Assembly: GCA_964549935.1 (NCBI GenBank)
Contig: CAZJVT010000002.1
Span: forward strand, 191,066 to 255,065
Source: an uncultured Candidatus Saccharibacteria bacterium
Lineage (GTDB): Bacteria; Patescibacteriota; Minisyncoccia; UBA6257; 1-14-0-10-44-23
Reading direction: 5' to 3'
Length of the DNA stretch: 64,000 bases
Shown here in pieces: positions 17,881 through 26,259 of this stretch (the first letter of the stretch is position 1; each line of letters begins with the position of its first letter). The notes under the pieces were generated by a model. The model did not search any database. It saw only the letters and a list, made by a program, of their open reading frames with translations, and was not told the origin of the DNA. Position numbers and translations under genes: made by a program.

Positions 17881-19128
17881 ATGCGTTTTTTGTTCGACGC
17901 AGTATCAACTGAAATCGCACATTACAAATCGTTTGCCTCTAAAAGTAAATCCCTGCTGATTTCAGTCTTGCTACGTGCACTTGCCCAGCCTTTTTTTGCC
18001 GTCTTCCTAAACGCCTTCCTCTGGAAAGAAAGCAAAACGTTTCTTGCTTTAGCGACCTACAATATTGCCTTCTTTATTGGCATCCCATTCGGCTTCCTAC
18101 TTAACGGACTGCTACTGCGTCGCATCGCTCCGGCAAAACTCTATGCCTTTAGCATGATTGCCGAAAGCCTGATTATCGGCACGCTGATTTTTTCCCACGA
18201 GACCAGCCTCCCATTCCTACTGCTCTTCGGCGTACTTTACGGAGTGATGGCCGGTCTTTACTGGGCCAACCGCAATACGATAGAACTCCAGTTTGTCGAT
18301 AACAATGACCGCCACTACTTTAACTCTTTCCAAAGCGCCGCGGCATCAATTATTGGCATCGTTTTGCCGTTTGCGATTGGCTGGCTCCTAGTACTCGGAG
18401 AAAAAACTGGCCTCTACACAACGCATCACGCCTATGAATTTCTAGTCTTAATCGCCGTCGTCATCCTGCTCTTTGCCGGCAAGGTCCTGCTGCGACGCGA
18501 TGGCGAGATAACTCGTTCCAGTAGGATATTCATGAGCGAACGCAGTCACCTTTGGAAGAAAATGGAGCTCACCTGCTTTTTAATCGGTTTTAGTGACGCA
18601 GTCACCTCGTTTATGCCGGCGCTGATGATTTTGTATCTTGTCGGCAACGAGAGTGCGCTCGGCACCATAACCTCAATCTCCGCGATTGTCGGAGCCATTG
18701 GCATTTATATTATTGGCAGGGTTACGCTGCCGTCACACCGGCCAATGCTGGCAAAAACTGCTATCGTCGTACTTATCGCAAGCTCAATTATGTTTGCCGT
18801 CTTCTACTCCCCGCTCGCGGCGATCCTCTTTAATATCGGCATCGCAATCTATGAACTTTTCTTCTCAAATAGTCACAATACAATCGTGTTCCGCACCATT
18901 GAATATGATCAAAAAGACGCAACACTACATTACGCGCACCTCGTTGATCGCGAGTTCTTTTTAAACGCCGGCCGGGTTGCAGGAGGTATTATTTTCGTCG
19001 CCCTTGTTCTTGCCTTTTCGCCAGACACCGCGTTGCGCTTTAGCCCAATTATTCTGGCTCTGACCCAGCTACCGCTCATCTACCTGTTCCCGTACATCTT
19101 TAACCACCACAAGCAGGGTTCAAAGTAG
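17881..19128 (+). CDS. MFS transporter
   Basis: 415 aa, about 12 TM helices in two halves; GLYWANRN and REFFLNAGR. Confidence 0.8.
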   Translation: MRFLFDAVSTEIAHYKSFASKSKSLLISVLLRALAQPFFAVFLNAFLWKESKTFLALATYNIAFFIGIPFGFLLNGLLLRRIAPAKLYAFSMIAESLIIGTLIFSHETSLPFLLLFGVLYGVMAGLYWANRNTIELQFVDNNDRHYFNSFQSAAASIIGIVLPFAIGWLLVLGEKTGLYTTHHAYEFLVLIAVVILLFAGKVLLRRDGEITRSSRIFMSERSHLWKKMELTCFLIGFSDAVTSFMPALMILYLVGNESALGTITSISAIVGAIGIYIIGRVTLPSHRPMLAKTAIVVLIASSIMFAVFYSPLAAILFNIGIAIYELFFSNSHNTIVFRTIEYDQKDATLHYAHLVDREFFLNAGRVAGGIIFVALVLAFSPDTALRFSPIILALTQLPLIYLFPYIFNHHKQGSK

Positions 19129-19136
19129 CCCGGACG

Positions 19137-19178
19137 GTATACCCCCACACCAACCTATCGGTTGGTGTGGGGGTATAC
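19137..19178. repeat. Palindromic repeat (GTATACCCCCACACCAAC family)
   Basis: Perfect 19-bp arms around a 4-nt loop; related arms at 27626-27713. Confidence 0.75.
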
Positions 19179-19186
19179 TTATCTAT

Positions 19187-20914
19187 ATGCAGAAACTCTC
19201 TAGCCGGCGGGGCTTTACCCTGCTCGAGCTTCTTATAACCATCGGGATTATCGCCGGACTCGCAACTGTGACTATCGTGGCCATTAATCCGAAGCGCAAC
19301 TTCAGCCAAGCTCAAAATACCGCTCGCCAAGGAGATTTACAAAAGATTCTGGGCGCCTTAAATCAATATGCGATAGAAAAAAACGGCTCCTTCCCTGCAG
19401 GGGTTACAACTACACTGCAAATGTTGGGCACGGCGACCTCGAGCTGCAATGTTGTTTGCGGACCGGATGCGCTGGTTACAATTGTAAGTAACTTTATCGA
19501 CAATAGCCTGCAAACCTTTGCCTCCGGAACACTTGCTAACACGCAGTGGAATCCCGCAACGAATGCCCTCGAACTTACGAATGCCGGGCTAACCGCCAAA
19601 ACCGGAACTTATACCAGCTCAATAAAAGATGCGAACGCTAGCCAAAACTGGACTACCCTTACCTGGACGCCGTATGCGCCATATAACAAAGAGTTACCGA
19701 ATGCCGCCGCGACAGAGACCGGCTACGTCACCGGTAATGCGGCAATGCCCGGCAATAAATTGCTGATGCATATGAACGAATCAAGCGGTGCCATCGTAGA
19801 CTCGTCCGGAAACAATCTTAACGGAACCGTAAACGGGGGCATCACCTACAACGTGACGGGGAAATTAAAAACTGCTCTCTCCTGGTCAGGCAGCAACAAC
19901 AACTATGTCTCCATAGCCAATAACGCCAATCTCAACCTGCCAAACACCGGCGGCAGCGTTGTCTTGTGGATGCAGCCAACTATCAACCTGGCTGCCAACA
20001 CCGGTATGGGCGTCATCCGCAAGCCTGACTATGGCGGCAACCTCAATACTCCCGGCGGCTACGGCATCGAAATCTTCCGCGCAGTCAGCAACGGGCCCCA
20101 AAACATAAAAGCACACCTCGGCTGGAACAACGGAGGGGCGAACTCGCAGCAAACGCTGGTTGGTGCGACGAATCTTGTAAGCGGTAGCTGGTATCACGTT
20201 GCGCTCACCTGGAATGCAACTACTATGACAATCTACGTCAACGGTGCGCAAGACACTTCGGCAGCTAGGGTTAACGGCCAACTCAACTGGGCCAGCAACA
20301 CCGCCAACCTGGACATAGCCCGCAACTCCAACTCCATCAGCAGTAACCGCGCCTGGTACGCCGGTGCGCTCGACGAAATAGCGCTCTTTAACCGCATGCT
20401 TACGGCGACGGAGGTGAACGATTTCTATAAACGTGGCTCGCTAAAGCTTCGGCAGCAGGTGCGCTCTTGCGACGACGCGCTCTGCGCCGGTGAGATTTTC
20501 ATCGGTCCCGGCGGAACCGGCGCCACATATTATGATGACCTGAACAACACGACAAATGCCCCGCCGAGCATGACGCTTTCTAATCTTGCCACCAACCGCT
20601 ATTTCCAATACAAAACTTACTTTGACACAGACACCGCCTCCTACGGCCCCGGGCTTTCAAGCATCAGCGGGGCTAATAATGGCAGCGGCACTATGAATAC
20701 AACCTCGACAGCGACGACCGCCAACAGCTGCCTCAACCTCGCACCAACCTTTGTGCCGAGCTACCTCCCCTCAATGCCGTTTGACCCGCTCGTCGGCTCG
20801 CTAGCAAAAACATATTACGCTGTTCAGAGCATCGATAACGGAGCAAATGGCATAGGCCTGATCATTCGCGCCTGTTATCCTGAACTCGGTCAACCGATAG
20901 AGACTAGACAATAA
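19187..20914 (+). CDS. Type IV pilin-like protein with inserted LamG/concanavalin-like domain
   Basis: Class III signal G|FTLLELLITIGII; WYHVALTW...IYVNG...GALDEIALFNRML (LamG); pilin-like C-terminus PSYLPSMPFDP. Confidence 0.85.
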   Translation: MQKLSSRRGFTLLELLITIGIIAGLATVTIVAINPKRNFSQAQNTARQGDLQKILGALNQYAIEKNGSFPAGVTTTLQMLGTATSSCNVVCGPDALVTIVSNFIDNSLQTFASGTLANTQWNPATNALELTNAGLTAKTGTYTSSIKDANASQNWTTLTWTPYAPYNKELPNAAATETGYVTGNAAMPGNKLLMHMNESSGAIVDSSGNNLNGTVNGGITYNVTGKLKTALSWSGSNNNYVSIANNANLNLPNTGGSVVLWMQPTINLAANTGMGVIRKPDYGGNLNTPGGYGIEIFRAVSNGPQNIKAHLGWNNGGANSQQTLVGATNLVSGSWYHVALTWNATTMTIYVNGAQDTSAARVNGQLNWASNTANLDIARNSNSISSNRAWYAGALDEIALFNRMLTATEVNDFYKRGSLKLRQQVRSCDDALCAGEIFIGPGGTGATYYDDLNNTTNAPPSMTLSNLATNRYFQYKTYFDTDTASYGPGLSSISGANNGSGTMNTTSTATTANSCLNLAPTFVPSYLPSMPFDPLVGSLAKTYYAVQSIDNGANGIGLIIRACYPELGQPIETRQ

Positions 20915-20943
20915 ATAACTTTGACAGCGCTCTCGAGCCAAGC

Positions 20944-21075
20944 CTAGGTCAGCAGATTAACAATGACGAGAATGAGCGCGATGACAATCAGCGCGTGTAT
21001 TAAGCCACCGCCGACATTAAAACTGAAGCCAAGGAGCCAGAGAATAAATAAGATAACAATAATCGTCCAAAGCAT
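20944..21075 (-). CDS. lmo0937-family small membrane protein (43 aa, not in the ORF track)
   Basis: Translated by hand: MLWTIIVILFILWLLGFSFNVGGGLIHALIVIALILVIVNLLT. Confidence 0.85.
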   Translation of the reverse strand: MLWTIIVILFILWLLGFSFNVGGGLIHALIVIALILVIVNLLT

Positions 21076-21086
21076 AGATTTATTTA

Positions 21087-21620
21087 CTAAGCTGCAACAA
21101 CCGGCGTGGTCCGATTGTAGAGTTGTTTTAATTTTTCTAATCCGCGATGCACCTGAACAGCCATCGCATTTCTTGTCTGCCCGGTAAGTAATGCCATCTC
21201 TGCGAGCGATAAGTCTTGGATATAACGCATTCGAATCACCTTGCCATACTTTTCCGGCAGCTGCTTAATCAGCTCCATGGCGTCTTTGCCGTCGATTTGG
21301 TCAAAAATATTTCCTGTATTTTTTGCGGCCGGCTCGAAACCTTTCTCGAGTAAACCATCCAGCGAAACTGTTTTACGCTTGCGATACTCGTCAACAATCA
21401 GATTGTTGAGCACGTGGTACAAGAACGCCTTCATAACTTCTATCTTCCCTCCCTTAACTAGGTAGGTCCAGGTTTTTACAAAAGTCTCCTGGACAAGGTC
21501 TCCGCCGAGCGCTTGATCGTGCAGCTTGAAGAATGAGTGCTGATTGAGCGCCTTCTGATGATCGGTGTGCGCCGTGGCCAGCAAAGCGCGCTGCTCTATC
21601 TCCTGTAGGTGATTCATCAT
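21087..21620 (-). CDS. ECF-type RNA polymerase sigma-70 factor
   Basis: Region 2 (DLVQETFVKTW...AFLYHVLNNLIVDEYRK) and region 4 HTH (LSLAEMALLTG...VQVHRG). Confidence 0.9.
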   Translation of the reverse strand: MMNHLQEIEQRALLATAHTDHQKALNQHSFFKLHDQALGGDLVQETFVKTWTYLVKGGKIEVMKAFLYHVLNNLIVDEYRKRKTVSLDGLLEKGFEPAAKNTGNIFDQIDGKDAMELIKQLPEKYGKVIRMRYIQDLSLAEMALLTGQTRNAMAVQVHRGLEKLKQLYNRTTPVVAA

Positions 21621-21872
21621 AGTGGTAACACTTAGGCCGTACTAGAAGAGGTTCTATTACAGCGTCATTACAGGTATATGGCGGACGAAGCCATATGTCG
21701 GAGGTTGATAGCGGCCAGAAAGCCTTCTATCGCTAGGCTGCAACCATAGCACGCATACTAGAAACCTCCTAATCCAGACGAAAAGAACTCATTACAAAAA
21801 CGTTGCAGAATTGCCGGGGCAGACCGGCTCTATTCCCTCGTAATAGTATGAATCTCTAAACGGCTTATAAGT

Positions 21873-22451
21873 ATGAACAAAAATATCAGAAAAGCAGCGG
21901 GCGAAAAAGATCTGCATGGCACGGAATTTGCCGAAAAAGTCTGGAAAGAGAGCTGGGCTTACATCCGGACGGTTGTAGACACAGTGCGCGAGCCATTTTT
22001 AATCTTAGATAAGGACCTACGCGTTATGGCCGCGAACGAGTCTTTCTATAGAACCTTTCAAGTCGATCTCAAGGATACCGAAGATAAACTCGTATATGAG
22101 CTTGGTAATGGGCAATGGGACATCCCGGCGCTGCGCAAACTACTCGAGGACATCCTTCCAAAGAACACCTTCTTTAAGGGGTTCGAGGTTTCGCATGAGT
22201 TTCCGCATATCGGCCGCAAAGTGATGATTCTCAATGCTCGTCGGACATATCGCGACGACTCAACTTCTACTTTCTTCCCTCCTATTATTCTTTTGGCGAT
22301 GGAAGACGTCACGGAGATGATGGCTGTCGCAGAAAAGCTAGCGGTACATGCAGCTCACTTCGAGACATTGATGCTTGATAGAACTCAAAATCTAGACATT
22401 CAAATGCGCGGACTAGAACGCCAGATTAACGAACTCAAACGTAAAGCGTAA
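21873..22451 (+). CDS. Stand-alone PAS domain protein
   Basis: VDTVREPFLILDKDLRVMAANESFYRTF...YELGNGQWDIPALRKLLE, a PAS type also found in CheR/CheB fusions; C-terminal coiled coil. Confidence 0.85.
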   Translation: MNKNIRKAAGEKDLHGTEFAEKVWKESWAYIRTVVDTVREPFLILDKDLRVMAANESFYRTFQVDLKDTEDKLVYELGNGQWDIPALRKLLEDILPKNTFFKGFEVSHEFPHIGRKVMILNARRTYRDDSTSTFFPPIILLAMEDVTEMMAVAEKLAVHAAHFETLMLDRTQNLDIQMRGLERQINELKRKA

Positions 22452-22704
22452 TATCAAACGCTGCTCATCGGCACTACTAGCGGTAGGGGTTGGTTGTTTA
22501 TATAGCAAACATTTTCTCAACACAAACTCTAAATAAACAGCCCCTACCAATTAGGTTCATGACGAAGAAGTTTTGTAATAAAAAAGAAGCGCCTTCGTCT
22601 TCGCTTGTAGAGGTTAAACCCGTTTGTAGTCTCCCCAGAAAAAAGTAATGAGATTAATAAAAGTCGAAGGTTTAACCGATATAAACAATTAAAGCAAACA
22701 TATT

Positions 22705-23388
22705 ATGATAAAAAAAATAAACTTTAAACGCATCGGTTTGCTTTCGTCTATCCCGGTCCTTGCCATCGTCACATCTCTCGCAAGCATCGGCATTGCGAAT
22801 GCAGCAATTACTTCTACCCTTGATTTGGGCGCGAGCGGCTCACAGGTTACCGAACTCCAGCAGTTCTTAGCGACAGACGTCAACATCTACCCGTCGGGAC
22901 TCGTAACCGGCTACTTCGGACCGCTTACGCAGGCTGGCGTGAAACGTTTCCAGGCGGCACAAGGCATCGTTTCCTCCGGATCTCCATCAACGACCGGCTA
23001 TGGTCGCGTTGGACCGAGCACGATGGCCCGCATTAACAGCCTGCTTGGCGTAGGCAACCAGTACTCATGGGACCCGGCGCCGTCTCTTTCGAACCCAGTG
23101 ATTCAGGTTACTAACAGCAGTGTGACCATTAGCTGGACGACTAATGAGGCAACAATCGGCGAAGTCTTCTACAGTGCAACCCCGCTTCAGTCTGATGAGG
23201 CAACCGGCCCGCACCAGAAGCCATATGTAAGTGGCACTCGTGTTACCGAAAACGGCGGCTACCAAATCACTCACATGGTCAACATCCAGGGCTTGCAGTC
23301 AGGCACAACCTACTACTTCTTAACTCGTGGAGTTGATAGTGGCGACAATCTGAGCATGACCTGGCCGAGCAGCTTCCGTACCAACTAA
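22705..23388 (+). CDS. Secreted peptidoglycan-binding and fibronectin-III-like protein
   Basis: Signal peptide; VTELQQFL...TGYFGPLTQAGVKRFQ; GLQSGTTYYF. Confidence 0.85.
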   Translation: MIKKINFKRIGLLSSIPVLAIVTSLASIGIANAAITSTLDLGASGSQVTELQQFLATDVNIYPSGLVTGYFGPLTQAGVKRFQAAQGIVSSGSPSTTGYGRVGPSTMARINSLLGVGNQYSWDPAPSLSNPVIQVTNSSVTISWTTNEATIGEVFYSATPLQSDEATGPHQKPYVSGTRVTENGGYQITHMVNIQGLQSGTTYYFLTRGVDSGDNLSMTWPSSFRTN

Positions 23389-23422
23389 ACGGAATCAGTA
23401 AAAGCCTGGGGAGGCAAACACC

Positions 23423-23452
23423 AAAAACTACCGATTAAATCGGTAGTTTTTG
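23423..23452. terminator. Bidirectional terminator
   Basis: aaaaactaccgatt aa atcggtagttttt. Confidence 0.75.
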
Positions 23453-23469
23453 TTTGATAAAATCTGGGG

Positions 23470-23648
23470 AGGAACCCTTCGACGGACTCAGGGCAAGTCG
23501 CCCTCGACTCTTGGCCGCGTCGTCACGCGGCCAAGGTCTGGGCACCGTCTCCCTCTTTTTTCTTACTAGAAAAACGAGGTCCGACGATTCGATTCCTTCC
23601 GCGAAAATTACAAAACAAAAACACGGCTAAAGCCGGTTTTTTGTTTTG
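23470..23648 (-). other. tRNA-3'-anchored structured element, copy B (distal tRNA copy interrupted by a REP)
   Basis: Same core as 8284-8370 on the minus strand (23501-23587). 14-bp inverted copy of the tRNA T-arm at 23588-23601. Confidence 0.8.
23475..23497 (+). repeat. REP-like element CCTTCG..CTCAGG family
   Basis: cccttcgacggactcagggcaag; related copies at 29883-29906 and 34474-34498. Confidence 0.75.
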
Positions 23649-23720
23649 TGCTCTCGGAAGGAATCGAACCTTCATTTGCCACTTCGCAGGCGGCTGTCCT
23701 ATCCATTGAACGACAAGAGC
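23649..23720 (-). tRNA. tRNA-Arg(GCG)
   Basis: Minus strand gctcttg...cgagagca; anticodon arm gccgc-ctGCGaa-gtggc; GGTTCGATTCC. Confidence 0.92.
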
Positions 23721-23809
23721 ATGTATTACTATCACTAACTATGTAAAAACGCCGCACTCCTGCCCGCCACTACTCGCACCCGACAACAAGACATACAAAC
23801 AAGAGGGTG

Positions 23810-23828
23810 TCCATTGAACGACAAGAGC
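23810..23828 (-). repeat. 19-bp duplicate of the tRNA-Arg 5' end
   Basis: tccattgaacgacaagagc at both 23702-23720 and 23810-23828. Confidence 0.85.
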
Positions 23829-23897
23829 TTTCCTAACTGAGCCGATAAAGGCGCAGTAATGGTTTTTAATTTTATACGAAAAGCGTCAAAAAGGCAA

Positions 23898-24389
23898 CTA
23901 TAACCCGAACAAACGCATAAAGAACTCGACGGGGCCTATCTGGTACTCAAATTCAGGAGTTTGCCACTGGTCCGCCAAAAAATCCCGTACCTTCCTGCCC
24001 TGTTCGTGTGGCATCAGGATGCGGCGAAACCGTGGGCGAGTTTTACGAAATACCAGCACGAGCTCACACCACGGAACAACGTCCTGTGATTCGCCGTGAT
24101 CGGTGATGTCAAATTTAGCCAACTCCTGCGGCCGACAAATGAGCTCATCACTGACCCAGAGGCCGGAGATATCGACGCGGTACTTTGCCGTGAGAGAACG
24201 ACTACGTTTTGTACCAACCAAAATAAAGAACTCAACCAAAAGGACGAAAATAAAAAACGGGATGTCGCGCCTTACAAATGCAACGATCCCGAGTATAAAA
24301 GCAGCAAAAAGAGTGAAACTGTGCCAAGCGGCTCTGCGGCCGGCTTTCCTAAAGTCCGGCGCCAGCCAGTGGATTTCCTGAACTTGCAT
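23898..24389 (-). CDS. Hypothetical 2-TM protein (paralog of the next gene)
   Basis: W.APDF...W, two TM helices, soluble beta domain; same layout as 24446..24928. Confidence 0.7.
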   Translation of the reverse strand: MQVQEIHWLAPDFRKAGRRAAWHSFTLFAAFILGIVAFVRRDIPFFIFVLLVEFFILVGTKRSRSLTAKYRVDISGLWVSDELICRPQELAKFDITDHGESQDVVPWCELVLVFRKTRPRFRRILMPHEQGRKVRDFLADQWQTPEFEYQIGPVEFFMRLFGL

Positions 24390-24445
24390 GATGCTTAAGC
24401 ATAGCAAGAGAAGCCCGGCAAGGCAATATCTACGGGCTTAAAACG

Positions 24446-24928
24446 CTACAGTCCAATTCGCCTGAGCAAGATTTCCGAAAGCCGCTCTTCGTACGCAAAC
24501 TCCGGGAGCTTAGATCCGATTGCGCGATCTACTTCAACAGCAATTGAACGCGGCATTAATATTTTTATATACTGCGCTGCTTTCTTTTTAGGCCTCAAAA
24601 CAAGCTCAACAAATCCCGTAGTTCGGTCATCAAGAACAGCAAAGGCAGCCAGATCAGAAAATCGATATACCAAACGATCATCAACGCTCACACCCTCATT
24701 CGTGATTTCATAACCGTAGAGCCTGGGCTTCTGCCTAGCAATAAAAAGTACCGTCACCTCCCCAATCGCAACAAATAAGAGAAACAAAAAATTCCGAACG
24801 TACAGCGCAAATAGCGCTACGACAATTGCAACGCCCAAGCTGACGAGGTACCACTTTGCGCTGCGCTCAACATAGTGGAACTCGGGCGAGGACCAGACGA
24901 GTTCTTGTTCGTTCGTAGTAGGCTCCAT
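24446..24928 (-). CDS. Hypothetical 2-TM protein (DUF5673-like)
   Basis: WSSPEFHYVERSAKWY, two TM helices, YEITNEGV; TATACT 6 nt before the ATG. Confidence 0.72.
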   Translation of the reverse strand: MEPTTNEQELVWSSPEFHYVERSAKWYLVSLGVAIVVALFALYVRNFLFLLFVAIGEVTVLFIARQKPRLYGYEITNEGVSVDDRLVYRFSDLAAFAVLDDRTTGFVELVLRPKKKAAQYIKILMPRSIAVEVDRAIGSKLPEFAYEERLSEILLRRIGL

Positions 24929-25002
24929 ACCAAAAGTATACTCTATCTCCACTGCAAGAGGTACCTTTTGAGATGCGCCCTGCAATGGTGTATCATACCC
25001 CT

Positions 25003-26172
25003 ATGAGTAAGTGTTACTACTGCGGCAACAATCCGATTCCGCACCAATTTGCCAAAGCCAATGATGCAATGGCCAGCATCGTTGAGCCGTTCGACCGTTT
25101 CGCTCACCTGATCGGTCTTCACCGCTTAGTTGATTCACAATTCGTTCGAGTGATCGGGCCGATTATGTCCGGACTGACAAAAATTGGCATCGTAAAATTC
25201 AATGATGACGTCAGCAAGGCGAAGTCCTCGCGTTCAAAAGTAATTTGGGAGGAGGCGCAGCGGCGTGGAATCCCGATGCAACAACTGGTGATTTTTGGCA
25301 GCCACAGCGACTTCTACCGGGCGACCATAAACGGGACTCTCTACTACTTCGAAAGCCTACCCATCCCTCCGTCAGCCGACACGAGTGCGAACCAGTGGCT
25401 GGACGACAAAATGAAACTCAAAGAACGCCTTTTGGCGGCCGGTTTGCCGGCGGCGCGAGGCGGCGGCTTCCGCACATGGGCGGATATGAAACGCGTGTTC
25501 AAGATGCTGAAAAAGCCCGTTATTATCAAGCCGGCGCTGGGTTCTCGCGGTAGACACACAACTACATACATTTATGACGAAAAGCAGCTTAAAAAGGCGT
25601 TTAGGGTCGGCAAACAGATAACCGAGAAGCTGGTCATGGAGGAGCACCTGATTGGCAGCGTCTACCGGGCAACTATCGTGGATGGCCAGCTCGTTGGCGT
25701 GCTGCGAGGCGACCCACCGCGAATTACCGGCGACGGCAAACACACCATCGAGGAACTTGTTGAGCTCAAAAATCAAGCTAAACATGAGCTGGTTAAACCG
25801 GTAGAAATCACTCCGTATATCGAAGAATTTTTGAGCCGCAATAACTACGCCTTGGAGACAGTTTTGCCGAAGGGCAAGGCGATAGACCTGATGGAAAAAA
25901 TCGGCATTGGCTACGGCGGATACAAGGCCGAAGAAATTACTATCACACACCCCGAGACCAAGCGGATTCTTGAGGAAGCCGGCAAAGTTGTCAACTTCCC
26001 CGTGATGGGCTTTGACTTCATCATTCCGGACATCACCCGCCACCCGGACGAACAAGACTGGGGCATTATCGAATGCAACTCTCTCCCCTTTATCGACCTC
26101 CACCACTTCCCTCTCGAGGGCGCGCCGGTTAATGTCGCTGGCTACGTCTGGGATCTTTGGGCCAAATACTAA
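25003..26172 (+). CDS. Cyanophycin synthetase/GshAB-like ATP-grasp ligase
   Basis: DDKMKLKERL, PVIIKP, GSRGRHTT, GDGKHTIEEL, GFDFII, IECNSLP; N-terminal CxxC. Confidence 0.8.
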   Translation: MSKCYYCGNNPIPHQFAKANDAMASIVEPFDRFAHLIGLHRLVDSQFVRVIGPIMSGLTKIGIVKFNDDVSKAKSSRSKVIWEEAQRRGIPMQQLVIFGSHSDFYRATINGTLYYFESLPIPPSADTSANQWLDDKMKLKERLLAAGLPAARGGGFRTWADMKRVFKMLKKPVIIKPALGSRGRHTTTYIYDEKQLKKAFRVGKQITEKLVMEEHLIGSVYRATIVDGQLVGVLRGDPPRITGDGKHTIEELVELKNQAKHELVKPVEITPYIEEFLSRNNYALETVLPKGKAIDLMEKIGIGYGGYKAEEITITHPETKRILEEAGKVVNFPVMGFDFIIPDITRHPDEQDWGIIECNSLPFIDLHHFPLEGAPVNVAGYVWDLWAKY

Positions 26173-26259
26173 GTAAGTATTGAACGGGAAGGAAAAGTGG
26201 TACCATTGTGTAGTAATGTACACACGGTAGATTATTAACATTTTTATACTTATTACTTT

